This document shows positions 1 to 10,199 of a stretch of 43,738 bases of DNA, in pieces. The stretch's first letter is position 1, and the number at the start of each line of letters is the position of its first letter. The DNA comes from a virus (lineage: Duplodnaviria > Caudoviricetes): positions 1 to 43,738 of IMG/VR virus record IMGVR_UViG_3300038335_000140. One strand, 5' to 3'. The notes beneath the pieces are model-generated. The model did not search any database, was not told the origin of the DNA, and saw only the letters and a program-made list of their open reading frames with translations. Made by a program: the position numbers and the translations under genes.

Positions 1-1821
1 ATGCAGAAAAACAAAGAATGTATATATAAGATCGACAATATTAAAGCATTCATTGATATGATTGCACCCTCTGTCATCAAATTCAACGTGGATCATTTCA
101 TATGTGGCAACACCTTCCGCTGTGTATGGGCTCTCAGAGAATACCCCACTAGTACCAATGAGCAGGCAATCCTGAGACATTTAGGTGAAAAAGATGGTGT
201 GACGTTAAGAATTTATACCAGACAAGTGACAGCAAATGAGGAGAAGAAGATCATTCATAATGCCGCCAACAAGAACCGGATGCATTCGTCCAACACTAAT
301 GATCTACAACAAACGGTTACTGCAGAAAGCAACCTTCAGGATGTGGTTACATTGGTGTCAACCATGCACAGAAATAGGGAGCCTCTACTCCACTGTGCTG
401 TTTTCATTGAATTGTCAGCCAGCGACATGGATGCACTAAAACTGTTGCAGACCGATGTTCTGACAGAGCTTGTGCGCAGCAAGCTAAATGTTGACCGGCT
501 ATTGCTTCGACAGCAACAAGGCTTTTTGAGTGTCGGTCCAACAGGAAGAAATGTGTTCGGGAGTCAGTTTGAACGGGTGCTACCGGCATCATCTGTGGCA
601 AATCTATATCCATTCAACTACTCAGGTAAAACGGATGCAAAAGGATTCTATCTGGGCCGGGATAAATACGGTTCAAACGTCATCGTGGACTTTGATAAGC
701 GTGATGATGATAAAACCAATCCCTGTATCCTGATTCTTGGTAACTCTGGTCAAGGGAAGAGTTATCTGCTGAAATTAATCTTGTGCAACATCCTTGAATC
801 CGGCAAGAATGTGATCTGCCTGGATCCCGAGCATGAATATGTTGAACTGGCTGAAAATATGGGCGGATGCTTCGTGGATCTCATGTCTGGAGATTACATG
901 ATTAATCCTTTGGAGCCAAAAACTTGGGATGAAGGTGGTTCGCCGCAGGACAAGGATGCACCGATGACTTTTAGGCAAACGACTAAACTGAGTCAGCATA
1001 TCTCGTTTTTAAAGGACTTTTTCAGGTGTTACAAAGACTTCAAAGATAAACACATAGATGTCATTGAGATTATGCTGGGTAAGCTTTATATGAAGTTTGG
1101 CATTAGTGATCAGACGAACTTTGATACATTGGAATCTGAGAGGTATCCGATTCTGTCAGACCTGTATGAGCTCATCGAAGAAGATTATAAATCCTACGAT
1201 AAAGGAAAATTCCAGCTCTATACACCGGAGATGTTGCAGGAGATTCTCCTCGGGCTCCATTCCATGTGCCAAGGAGCTGAAAGTAAATTCTTCAACGGTC
1301 ATACCAATATCACCTCCAATAGGTTTATTGTGTTTGGGGTTAAGGGATTGCTACAGGCGAGCAGGAATGTGAAAAATGCGCTGCTCTTTAACATTCTGTC
1401 CTTTATGAGCGATAAGCTTCTGACAGAAGGGCATACGGCAGCCGGGATTGATGAACTCTATCTGTTTCTCACAAATCTGACTGCCATAGAATATATCCGT
1501 AACTTTATGAAGCGTGTGCGCAAGAAAGAATCAGCGGTCATACTCAGTTCCCAGAACCTTGAGGATTTCAACATTGAGGGCATCAAGGAGCTGACAAAAC
1601 CCCTGTTCTCCATTCCCACACATGCTTTTCTATTTAATGCCGGTAACATCGATAAGCAATTCTATATGGACACCTTGCAGCTGGAAGAATCAGAATACAA
1701 CCTGATCAAGTTCCCGCAGCGAGGTGTTTGTTTATACAAGTGTGGCAATGAGCGCTATAATCTGGCCGTTCACGCCCCAGCATATAAAGAAAAACTGTTT
1801 GGAAAGGCAGGTGGAAGATAA
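1..1821 (+). CDS. virB4: VirB4-family type IV secretion ATPase
   Basis: Walker A GNSGQGKS, CLDPEHEY, Walker B GIDELY, MKRVRKKES motif. Confidence 0.92.
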   Translation: MQKNKECIYKIDNIKAFIDMIAPSVIKFNVDHFICGNTFRCVWALREYPTSTNEQAILRHLGEKDGVTLRIYTRQVTANEEKKIIHNAANKNRMHSSNTNDLQQTVTAESNLQDVVTLVSTMHRNREPLLHCAVFIELSASDMDALKLLQTDVLTELVRSKLNVDRLLLRQQQGFLSVGPTGRNVFGSQFERVLPASSVANLYPFNYSGKTDAKGFYLGRDKYGSNVIVDFDKRDDDKTNPCILILGNSGQGKSYLLKLILCNILESGKNVICLDPEHEYVELAENMGGCFVDLMSGDYMINPLEPKTWDEGGSPQDKDAPMTFRQTTKLSQHISFLKDFFRCYKDFKDKHIDVIEIMLGKLYMKFGISDQTNFDTLESERYPILSDLYELIEEDYKSYDKGKFQLYTPEMLQEILLGLHSMCQGAESKFFNGHTNITSNRFIVFGVKGLLQASRNVKNALLFNILSFMSDKLLTEGHTAAGIDELYLFLTNLTAIEYIRNFMKRVRKKESAVILSSQNLEDFNIEGIKELTKPLFSIPTHAFLFNAGNIDKQFYMDTLQLEESEYNLIKFPQRGVCLYKCGNERYNLAVHAPAYKEKLFGKAGGR

Positions 1822-2309
1822 TGAAATTGAATAAAGAGATAGATGTTTTAATCCAAATGAAAGAGGAAATTGTGGCTGACATGAAAGCATGTATCACCTA
1901 TGAACCTCACCGAGAAAATGACTTGCTCTGTCTTATGGAGCGATATATCAAGTCGGCAATTAGCGAAAGACCAAGGCTCCTTGATCAGATCAAAAAGTGC
2001 ATGACCGGTACTGATTATGAAAATCCTTTTGAAGCTTATTATTGTTATTCGGTAGATGACATTGAGCGATTCGAACAACTACTAACAGGATTTATTGAAC
2101 AAAGTAAACGTCAAAACTATAAAGCCTGGGAAAGAGAGCTTGAGATCAAGAACCTAATTCAACAGCTAAATAATTTGAATGTCAGCTGTCAGGGAGAATT
2201 GATTGATACCTATCGAAGAGAAAAGCTGTTGAGATTTTTTGAAGATGCAGAGGGATTTTTAAAAATCGATGGCATCAAGGGTATCGTTAATGAGCTTCGA
2301 AGCTGGTAA
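1821..2309 (+). CDS. Hypothetical protein (162 aa)
   Basis: ORF coupled to the virB4 stop (TAATG overlap); no recognised motif. Confidence 0.7.
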   Translation: MKLNKEIDVLIQMKEEIVADMKACITYEPHRENDLLCLMERYIKSAISERPRLLDQIKKCMTGTDYENPFEAYYCYSVDDIERFEQLLTGFIEQSKRQNYKAWERELEIKNLIQQLNNLNVSCQGELIDTYRREKLLRFFEDAEGFLKIDGIKGIVNELRSW

Positions 2310-2321
2310 GGCGGTGATGCC

Positions 2322-3368
2322 GTGGACTTAAGGGATCAAAAATTCGGAATAGAAATTGAGATGACTGGTATAACAAGGCAAAGGGCGGCAGAGGTTCTGG
2401 CAGGGTATCTGGGCACATCACCTCAATATGATGGCGGTGGCTATAGTGCTTATTCGGTTGTAGATGCTGAACATCGTAAGTGGAAGCTGGTCAGCGATGC
2501 CAGTATTCAGTGTCAGAGAAAAGTGGGGAGTAGAAAGCAAGCGGCAGATCGTGATTACAGTGTAGAACTGGTGAGTCCCGTTTGCACGTATGAAGACATC
2601 GAAAGAGTTCAGGAAATGATACGGGCGCTAAGGGAGGCGGGTGCCTTTAGCAACAAGTCCTGCGGGATCCATATTCATATCAATGCGGCACCATTTGAAG
2701 CCTATCAACTAAGAAATCTGGTGAACATCATTGCATCAAAAGAAGATATGGTCTACCGGGCATTGCAAGTGGATTCCCAGAGGGAAAGACGGTACTGCAA
2801 AAAGATTGACACTGAATTCTTGGAAAGTCTGAACCGCAAGAAACCAAAAACTATGAGGCAACTTCAAGATCTTTGGTACAAAGGAGATGACGGAAGCTAT
2901 CAGCATTACCACGACAGCCGTTATCACTGTTTGAATTTGCACTCGGTTTTTCAAAAGGGAACCATTGAGTTTAGAGCCTTCAACGGATCCTTTCATGCCG
3001 GCAAGATGAAAGCCTATGTTCAGTTTTGCATGGCCATTACAGCACAGGCTTATAATCAACGATCAGCCAGTCCAATTAAAATAGTGTCTGATAACGAGAA
3101 GTATACCTTCCGTGTATGGTTGCTTAGGCTGGGTATGATCGGTGATGAATTCAAAACGGCACGCAAACATCTGCTGGATCATCTGGATGGCAACATCGCT
3201 TGGAAATCACCGGAACAGGCTCTGGCTCAAAAAGAACGACTGCGTAAAAAGAAAGAACAGGAACAATCAGTATCTCAAAATGTCACAGAATCCCTGGTGG
3301 CACAGAATATGGATGATGGACAGCAAGATGAACAATCCCCTGCTTTTTCTATGTCATTGGGAATTTAG
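2322..3368 (+). CDS. Putative amidoligase (Amidoligase_2-like, COOH-NH2 ligase)
   Basis: FGIEIE, ELVSP, SCGIHIH, RYHCLNL, TIEFRAFN motifs. Confidence 0.88.
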   Translation: MDLRDQKFGIEIEMTGITRQRAAEVLAGYLGTSPQYDGGGYSAYSVVDAEHRKWKLVSDASIQCQRKVGSRKQAADRDYSVELVSPVCTYEDIERVQEMIRALREAGAFSNKSCGIHIHINAAPFEAYQLRNLVNIIASKEDMVYRALQVDSQRERRYCKKIDTEFLESLNRKKPKTMRQLQDLWYKGDDGSYQHYHDSRYHCLNLHSVFQKGTIEFRAFNGSFHAGKMKAYVQFCMAITAQAYNQRSASPIKIVSDNEKYTFRVWLLRLGMIGDEFKTARKHLLDHLDGNIAWKSPEQALAQKERLRKKKEQEQSVSQNVTESLVAQNMDDGQQDEQSPAFSMSLGI

Positions 3369-3378
3369 GGAGGTCAAC

Positions 3379-3882
3379 ATGCAGAAAGAAAAATATTATA
3401 TTGCCTATGGCAGTAACCTGAATCTGCCGCAGATGAAACAACGATGTCCGACGGCAACGGTTGTTGGAACATCGGAAATTGAAGGATATGAGCTTCTATT
3501 CAGAGGGTCAAAAACCGGAGCTTATGCAACTATTGAACCTTGTGAAGGAAGCAAGGTGCCTGTTCTAATCTGGTCCGTAAAGCCAGCGGATGAGCTGGCG
3601 CTAGACAAATATGAAGGCTATCCAAGATTTTATGGAAAAGAAGAGATGAGTCTTGAAGTAGCTGATCATAAGATTTCTGCTTTTGTGTATGTCATGACGG
3701 ACGGACTGCAGATTGGTGTTCCGTCAGAGTATTATCTTAAAACCATCGAAGACGGTTATGAAACCGCAGGCTTTGATGTTGCTGTTTTAGAGAAAGCTCT
3801 TGATAGAACCAAGGAACTGATGGAAACAGAGCAACATGAAATCTTCGAACAAGATACGCTGTTCGGCATGAAATGGTGGTGA
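3379..3882 (+). CDS. Gamma-glutamylcyclotransferase (GGCT/AIG2-like)
   Basis: YYIAYGSNL and LDKYEG motifs; start moved to ATG 3379 after GGAGG. Confidence 0.88.
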   Translation: MQKEKYYIAYGSNLNLPQMKQRCPTATVVGTSEIEGYELLFRGSKTGAYATIEPCEGSKVPVLIWSVKPADELALDKYEGYPRFYGKEEMSLEVADHKISAFVYVMTDGLQIGVPSEYYLKTIEDGYETAGFDVAVLEKALDRTKELMETEQHEIFEQDTLFGMKWW

Positions 3883-3889
3883 TTGCGCT

Positions 3890-4990
3890 ATGGCTAATCC
3901 TGCATTAATAGCAAAAGCAGTTGCAGTCGCACTCAGTGACAACCGCATCCGAAAAGGCGTCGGATGGATCATGGCGGCAGTGCTGTCACCTATTATTGTA
4001 ATCATCGCTATTGTGTGTGGCATGCTCTCTGGTGCAGCGACTAGTAATGCTTCTGTTCTGGAGTTATGCTTTGGCAGCAGCTCTATTGACGCAAGTTACC
4101 CGGTTGAATATCGGACGCACATTGAAACAATGAGAAGCTGTTTCTCAACTTTGGATGGCTATATTCAAAGTACGAATGGGGCGATGGAAAACGGTCACAG
4201 CCTCGATTCTGTAAAAGTGAAGTCAATTTTCTATTCTCAGTATTTCGGCGAGGCTGATCCGGCAAGCTATGCAGCCCAGCAATTTGTCGATTGCTTTGTA
4301 ACTTATGAAGAACGGACAGAACTTATTGATAACGGAGATGGAACAACATCTGAAAGTACTTATACGGTGGCTGTTCCCATCTCAGATCTATCTGTTATTT
4401 ATCAAAACATCGGCAACGCGACAGGAACGACCGCATCGTATTCCGATATGGCCAATGCAACAGATGTCTATTATCGCATTGCCTATGGGACAACAGCTCC
4501 TCTAGAAGCTGACGGGTCAAACGGATGGGATAACTGGATCTATACACCTACAGCAGAGGAATTGGCCAATCTATATCATAGTTTGCCCGAAGGTGAACTG
4601 GGAAGTGAGATTGTACTTCAAGCAATGACAAGACTTGGGGATCCATACTCACAAGCCTTAAGAGGTCAAGGGGATTACGTGGATTGCAGTTATCTGACCA
4701 TGTGGTGCTATGGACAAATTGGCATCACAATACCGGGAACCGCTGCTGAGCAGGCGAGGTATTGTTACAACAATGGATTAACGATTACAAGAGAAGACTT
4801 GGTTCCCGGTGACCTTGTCTTCTGGAGTTACGAACCCAATGGACGGTTCATGAATATCACCCATGTCGGTATTTATGCCGGGGATGATATGGTCATCGAT
4901 GCTTCCAGTACCAAGGGCGTGGTTGTTTACCGGAACATTTATCATACAAACAAGCAGGTTTTATATGGCAGACCACATATCGAGCCATAG
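3890..4990 (+). CDS. Conjugative peptidoglycan hydrolase, NlpC/P60 (C40) family
   Basis: N-terminal TM segment; DCSYLT catalytic Cys, PGDLVF, HVGIY. Confidence 0.9.
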   Translation: MANPALIAKAVAVALSDNRIRKGVGWIMAAVLSPIIVIIAIVCGMLSGAATSNASVLELCFGSSSIDASYPVEYRTHIETMRSCFSTLDGYIQSTNGAMENGHSLDSVKVKSIFYSQYFGEADPASYAAQQFVDCFVTYEERTELIDNGDGTTSESTYTVAVPISDLSVIYQNIGNATGTTASYSDMANATDVYYRIAYGTTAPLEADGSNGWDNWIYTPTAEELANLYHSLPEGELGSEIVLQAMTRLGDPYSQALRGQGDYVDCSYLTMWCYGQIGITIPGTAAEQARYCYNNGLTITREDLVPGDLVFWSYEPNGRFMNITHVGIYAGDDMVIDASSTKGVVVYRNIYHTNKQVLYGRPHIEP

Positions 4991-5005
4991 AAAGGAAGAG
5001 CAACT

Positions 5006-5578
5006 ATGCTAAAAACAAACGGAATGTTTCAAAGGAAGATCATTAAAATGGAACCCCAGCCCTGTATCATCGAAGCGATTCAGCTGATGAATCATTTTGA
5101 GTACAGCGAGTTCTCTCATCATTTACTGGTGGATCGGTCCTTTATTGCTGATAAAAAGGTGGATATGTTTACAGACCCCTATGGCCTGACACACTGCATC
5201 CTTGCGTTGAATGAGGAAAGTGGTGATGGTATTCTGATTGACAGCAGTGGCTATGATTACGCCAGATATGTCAGTTTTATGCCAAATATCAAAGCCTTTA
5301 TTGATCAGGAAATCACTCAACTGGCTGACAAAATCCTTCAGGAAGCAGCAGAGAATACTTCCAATGGAAGCTGGATTGTGTATTTTGATGAGATTGCCGA
5401 GCAGTATGGGATTAATGTATCAGCTAACAATGGCATTGGTACACTGCTGTTAAGAGAGCTTCAAAGCAGAGAAGAAATGGCAGAATTTAATCTTGATGAT
5501 GAGTGTCTTGATATGACATTGTATCTGGATTATTGCAAAAACCTGAATCCATCGGAACTGAAAGATCTTGGAATGTAA
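5006..5578 (+). CDS. Conserved ICE protein (DUF6329-like)
   Basis: HCILAL..DGILIDSSGYDYARY motif recalled from clostridial ICE proteins. Confidence 0.65.
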   Translation: MLKTNGMFQRKIIKMEPQPCIIEAIQLMNHFEYSEFSHHLLVDRSFIADKKVDMFTDPYGLTHCILALNEESGDGILIDSSGYDYARYVSFMPNIKAFIDQEITQLADKILQEAAENTSNGSWIVYFDEIAEQYGINVSANNGIGTLLLRELQSREEMAEFNLDDECLDMTLYLDYCKNLNPSELKDLGM

Positions 5579-5593
5579 AGGAGGAAAACAGAA

Positions 5594-5971
5594 ATGAAGA
5601 ATGATAATACGATTAGAGTGTTGAAAATTGAACAGGGAAAGATGCCATATGAAAAGGAAATGGTCAACGATCTTGAAGGCATTCAGAAAGAGGTCGAAGG
5701 CTTGTTCGAATGTGTGTATCTCAGAGATGGCTGCATTGCAGTGGTCAATGAAGAAGGAAAACTGAATGGGATGGAGCTGAACAGAAGGATTGGAAATGAT
5801 ATTATCGCCGGTCCTTTTTTTATTTGTGGTGACAGTGATGAAGGGGAATTCGTCTCTTTGACCAATGATCAGTTGGATAAGTACATGGCTGACTTTAAAG
5901 ATGCGCCTGAGTTTACCGGCGATGAACCGGAAGCCCAACCCCGAATGACCTTCATCAATTTCAGATTTTAG
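5594..5971 (+). CDS. DUF3846-like protein
   Basis: LEGIQKEVEG..VNEEGKLNG..NR..IIAGPFFICG pattern; SD GAGGAGG. Confidence 0.75.
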   Translation: MKNDNTIRVLKIEQGKMPYEKEMVNDLEGIQKEVEGLFECVYLRDGCIAVVNEEGKLNGMELNRRIGNDIIAGPFFICGDSDEGEFVSLTNDQLDKYMADFKDAPEFTGDEPEAQPRMTFINFRF

Positions 5972-5983
5972 GAGGACAAATCA

Positions 5984-6385
5984 ATGAGCGTAAGATCAGA
6001 AAAAGCAACCATTCAACTGAGCTTTTCCAAGGAAAAACTGGAGGCTATGAAGTTCTATATGGACGAAAAGGATACAACTGTTGAAAAAGAATTGCAGTCT
6101 CATATCAAGAGTGTTTACGAAAAATATGTGCCAGCAGCCACCAGAAGATACCTGGACCGCAACGATTCAGAAACAGAAATTCAAGCGGAAGTCACCTTGG
6201 AACCGGAGCCAACTCAGCAAGAAATTGCCCCTCAACCGGCACCATCTACTAGGGGAAGAAGACGTAACAGCAGGGAAGAAAATGTGGAAGTCACAGAACC
6301 GGTCCAATCGGATCAGGTCGAAACTGCTACTGAATCACAGGAACAGACAGAGCAAGAATCAGGTGGCATGAGTCTATCGATGTAG
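5984..6385 (+). CDS. DUF6103-like protein, paralog 1
   Basis: EKLEAMKFYM..YEKYVPAATRRYL; similar to next ORF. Confidence 0.65.
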   Translation: MSVRSEKATIQLSFSKEKLEAMKFYMDEKDTTVEKELQSHIKSVYEKYVPAATRRYLDRNDSETEIQAEVTLEPEPTQQEIAPQPAPSTRGRRRNSREENVEVTEPVQSDQVETATESQEQTEQESGGMSLSM

Positions 6386-6442
6386 CAGTTATCATCGCAG
6401 ATTTAACAGCACACCAAAACGAAAAAATGGAGGAATAGGATC

Positions 6443-6706
6443 ATGAAGAAAGATAATATCACCATCAGTCTTGAGTCTGAAAAGCTCAGGGCCATTAAAA
6501 AGTACATGGAAAAAAAGGAAGCTGATCTGGATCAAGAAATGGTGGACCAGCTTCAGAAGCTCTATGAGAAATACGTCCCGGCAAATGTCAGGGAGTATAT
6601 CGATGAGCGGGTTGAGGAAGAAGCAAAACCGTCACAACCGAAAAAAGCGGCAAAAACACCGGCTGAATCAAGAAGTTACAGTTCAGGGCAAACAGGTCAA
6701 GAGTAA
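6443..6706 (+). CDS. DUF6103-like protein, paralog 2
   Basis: EKLRAIKKYM..LYEKYVPANVREYI; SD GGAGG. Confidence 0.7.
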   Translation: MKKDNITISLESEKLRAIKKYMEKKEADLDQEMVDQLQKLYEKYVPANVREYIDERVEEEAKPSQPKKAAKTPAESRSYSSGQTGQE

Positions 6707-6890
6707 TCTGGCAGCGTGAAGCGTTATTTGCCCTTTTGTGCGATTGTTTGAGCAAGAGTGGCATAACAATACCCTTGCCGGCCGTTTGGGCAAAAATTGA
6801 GCCAATTTGGCGATAATCAAAATCCTGAGAATAGATGAAATATGCCGTCAAAAGAGCACGATGGTTCTAATTATTCTGGTGCAGGATAAA

Positions 6891-7056
6891 GAGAGGTGGT
6901 CGCATAGCGCCACCTCTCGACCACTTCGCCCGGCAGTGCCGAGCGCTTTGAAATCTGAGGTAGGTGGTCAGAATCGCGCAAATGGGACAAAAAGGTGGTC
7001 GATGATGAAATAAATGCCCAAAAGTCAAAGAATATCAGGTGGTCAGAAGGGTGGTC
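6891..7056. promoter_or_regulatory. Candidate oriT: inverted repeat plus five GGTGGTC direct repeats
   Basis: GAGAGGTGG(6891-6899)/CCACCTCTC(6910-6918); GGTGGTC at 6895, 6963, 6994, 7038, 7050; directly upstream of RHH-like gene and relaxase. Confidence 0.6.
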
Positions 7057-7091
7057 AAGCAGTTGATTTCATAGATTTGGAGGTGAAATAG

Positions 7092-7511
7092 GTGAGCCAA
7101 TTACAAAGCGCAGCAAAGACCAGAACGGCAGTCTGGTTGTATCCAGATACAATAGAGCGAATGGATTCTTTATTGGAAAAAGACAATGCAAAAAGCCGGA
7201 GTGAGTTTATTGAAAAGGCACTGCAGTTTTATATGAGCTATCTCAACAATGAAGAGTCGACAGAATATTTATCAAAAGTTATTGTCACTGTAATCCAAGG
7301 GCTGCTACGTGAAACTGAAAACAGACATTCCGGAAATCTATTTCGATTATCCGTAGAGATGTCGATGATGATGAATATCTTGGCTGCGGGTCTTGAAATC
7401 AGTGATGAGGATTTGAGAAAACTACGAGGACGATGTGTCAATGAAGTGAAAAAGACAAAAGGACGGATCAATATGGAAGAAGCTGTTCAATTTCAGCGAG
7501 GTATTGAATAA
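7092..7511 (+). CDS. Ribbon-helix-helix (CopG-like) relaxosome accessory protein
   Basis: RTAVWL..SRSEFIEKAL N-terminus; precedes relaxase. Confidence 0.7.
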   Translation: MSQLQSAAKTRTAVWLYPDTIERMDSLLEKDNAKSRSEFIEKALQFYMSYLNNEESTEYLSKVIVTVIQGLLRETENRHSGNLFRLSVEMSMMMNILAAGLEISDEDLRKLRGRCVNEVKKTKGRINMEEAVQFQRGIE

Positions 7512-7532
7512 AAGGAAAGTGGGTGGTGACGT

Positions 7533-10088
7533 ATGCCAAGGATTGTATTGAAGTGTCCGTATCTAAAAGGGAATACTAAAAAGGCGGTATCGCATCGTTC
7601 CAATCTCGTGACCTACATGGCAACGCGAAGTGGCGTTGAGAAACTTCCCAAACCAAAAACTAAAATGCCGTCTACATTGAAGCAAGAAGATTTGATCCAG
7701 CAGATAATAACAGAATTTCCTGAAAGCAAACAATTGTTTGAGTATGAAGATTACATGGAAGATAAGTCTGTAGAAAATGCGTCAGAGTTTATAACTATGG
7801 CACTTGAACAAAATATGGATGAGATAGGTCAGCGAGAAAATTACGTTGATTACATTGCGAATCGACCAAGAGTAGAACGAAGAGGTGCACACGGATTGTT
7901 TACCGCTGGAGATGATGAAATTGTATTGAGCCGGATCGTTGATGAAGTGGCCAATCATCTGGGGAATATCTGGATACCAATCATATCCCTTCGTAGAGAA
8001 GATGCTATTCAAACTGGATTTGATAATGCGGATTTTTGGCACAACATGCTTTCGTACTCTGCACCAGAGATTGCTGAAGCAATGAAAATACCGATTCAGA
8101 ATTTCAGGTGGTATGCAGCCTTTCATAATGAAAGTCATCATCCTCATGTTCATATGGTTTGTTACTCCACGAATCCGGCTGAAGGATTTCTAACAAAAAA
8201 GGGAATCGAAAAAATGAAGTCTGGGCTAGTGAAGAACATATTTAAGCATGAAATGCCGATGATTTATGCTGAACAGAGTAACAGGAGAGATGTACTTAAA
8301 AAAGAGAGCCAAGAAGCAATATTGAAGCTCATTCGTGAAATGAAAAACGGCGTCATAGAGAATCCAAAACTTGAAGAACTTTTTTTGTACTTATCGGATG
8401 AACTGAAGCAAACAGCAGGCAAAAAAGTGTATGGTTATTTGAAGTCAAGCCTGAAATCGGTAGTAGATGAAATCGTCGATGAGATGTCAAAGGCCGAGCA
8501 GATTGGGAAAGCCTACGATTTATGGTATGAAATGCGGGAAGAAGTGCTTTATAGTTATCTGGATGAACTGCCTGAAAGACTTCCGCTCTCACAGCAGAAG
8601 GAGTTTAAACCTATCAAGAATATGATCATCTCTGAAGCTGATAAATTCAATGCGATAGACTATGACTTTGGTGAAGAGGGTGAAAACAATGTTGTCAGAT
8701 TATTTGATGATGAGCACTTGAACGCGACGATCATGGTAGATGGTACCGATAATGATATTGAAATGGAAAATGTAGCAGATGAAACAAGAGAAAATGAATC
8801 ACAGGCATTTTATGTTGACTGGACCGATGATTATAAAAGGGCTCGTGATTATTTGGTTGGAACTGAATCAATAATACAGAACTTCGAAACTGCCAGAAGT
8901 ATCCTTGGGATTGAAGCTCAAAATGGAAATGTACTTGCCATCTATGATTTGGGACGTATTTTTTTCAGTGGTTTAGGTGTTCAAAAAGATTCGGAGATAG
9001 CAAATGAATATTTTCGAAAAGCTTTTATCGGATTTAATGAAGTCGAAGAAAAGAATGCTTGGAAATATACCGAATATCGGATTGGAAAGATGTTGGCCGC
9101 TGGACTTGGAGTAGCGCAAAATCATGAAATGGCTGCTGGTTGGTTTATGCTGTCGGCGGATCAAAATTATAAGTATGCGCAGTATTCATTGGGTGCTTTA
9201 TATTATCAAGGTCAAGGTGTAGAGAAGGATTATCATAAAGCACTCGGACTATACCAAAAGGCAGCACAACAGAACTTTCCATATGCAGATTTTGAATTAG
9301 CAAAGATGTATCGGGATGGTATAGGTACAGAAATAAATGACTCAAAATCATCGGAACATTTCAAAAGAGCATTTGAAGGTTTTGAGATACTTGAAAGAAT
9401 AAATCCAGATGATAAGATTCAATATCGATTGGGTTGGATGCTACAAAATGGAATTGGAGTTGAAAAGATTTCTATTCGTGCAAAAGAGTATTTTAAGAAG
9501 TCAGAAAGTCTTGGAAATGTGTTCGCAAAATTTGCCCTGGCGAAATTGATATTGAAAGAGGAACATCCGGATAAAGATGAGCTGCTGGAAGCTGCTGAAT
9601 ATTTGAAGTCATTGATTGTCATTGAGGATAAAGATTTGGTTAAAATGAAAGAAGTAGCCGCATACACTTTGGGAAAGCTATATCTTGAAGGAAGAGCTGT
9701 GACAAAAGATATTCGTCTCGCTTTGTCATATCTCAATATTTCGGCAGAGGAGGGTAACCAATATGCGCAATTTGCTTTAGGCAAAATTTATTTGTTAGGC
9801 AAGGAAGTTCCGAAGGCTAAAGAGATGGCAATTAAGTGGCTCACACTGTCGGCGGAACAAGGTAATGAGTATGCAAGAGCTTTTCTTGAAAATATTAATC
9901 GGTACCGAGATCCTTCGGTAGTGTTCTGCTTTTCACGAATGATGAATCACATGAGTAAGATTTTTGAAGATAACATGATTTCGAACAGGCAAGAGGGAGT
10001 GGTGAAGATCGACAGCAAGCTGCTGAGGAAAATGAGAGAGAAGAAAAGAGCGCTTGGTTTTAAACAAGAGGTAAACCAATGTCTGTAG
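7533..10088 (+). CDS. HUH relaxase (MobP3/MobL-like) with C-terminal Sel1-like repeats
   Basis: N-terminal YMATRSGVE, WYAAFHNESHHPHVHM; repeated AQYSLGALYYQGQGV-type units. Confidence 0.88.
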   Translation: MPRIVLKCPYLKGNTKKAVSHRSNLVTYMATRSGVEKLPKPKTKMPSTLKQEDLIQQIITEFPESKQLFEYEDYMEDKSVENASEFITMALEQNMDEIGQRENYVDYIANRPRVERRGAHGLFTAGDDEIVLSRIVDEVANHLGNIWIPIISLRREDAIQTGFDNADFWHNMLSYSAPEIAEAMKIPIQNFRWYAAFHNESHHPHVHMVCYSTNPAEGFLTKKGIEKMKSGLVKNIFKHEMPMIYAEQSNRRDVLKKESQEAILKLIREMKNGVIENPKLEELFLYLSDELKQTAGKKVYGYLKSSLKSVVDEIVDEMSKAEQIGKAYDLWYEMREEVLYSYLDELPERLPLSQQKEFKPIKNMIISEADKFNAIDYDFGEEGENNVVRLFDDEHLNATIMVDGTDNDIEMENVADETRENESQAFYVDWTDDYKRARDYLVGTESIIQNFETARSILGIEAQNGNVLAIYDLGRIFFSGLGVQKDSEIANEYFRKAFIGFNEVEEKNAWKYTEYRIGKMLAAGLGVAQNHEMAAGWFMLSADQNYKYAQYSLGALYYQGQGVEKDYHKALGLYQKAAQQNFPYADFELAKMYRDGIGTEINDSKSSEHFKRAFEGFEILERINPDDKIQYRLGWMLQNGIGVEKISIRAKEYFKKSESLGNVFAKFALAKLILKEEHPDKDELLEAAEYLKSLIVIEDKDLVKMKEVAAYTLGKLYLEGRAVTKDIRLALSYLNISAEEGNQYAQFALGKIYLLGKEVPKAKEMAIKWLTLSAEQGNEYARAFLENINRYRDPSVVFCFSRMMNHMSKIFEDNMISNRQEGVVKIDSKLLRKMREKKRALGFKQEVNQCL

Positions 10089-10199
10089 CAAAGGCGAGAA
10101 AATATATTCTGGTGTAGCAGGTTAACATTTTGTGGTAAAATAGTTACGTCAAGTAAAATCAATTAGCATGAGCTGGCTGCTTCTAGGGGGAGAGAACAT

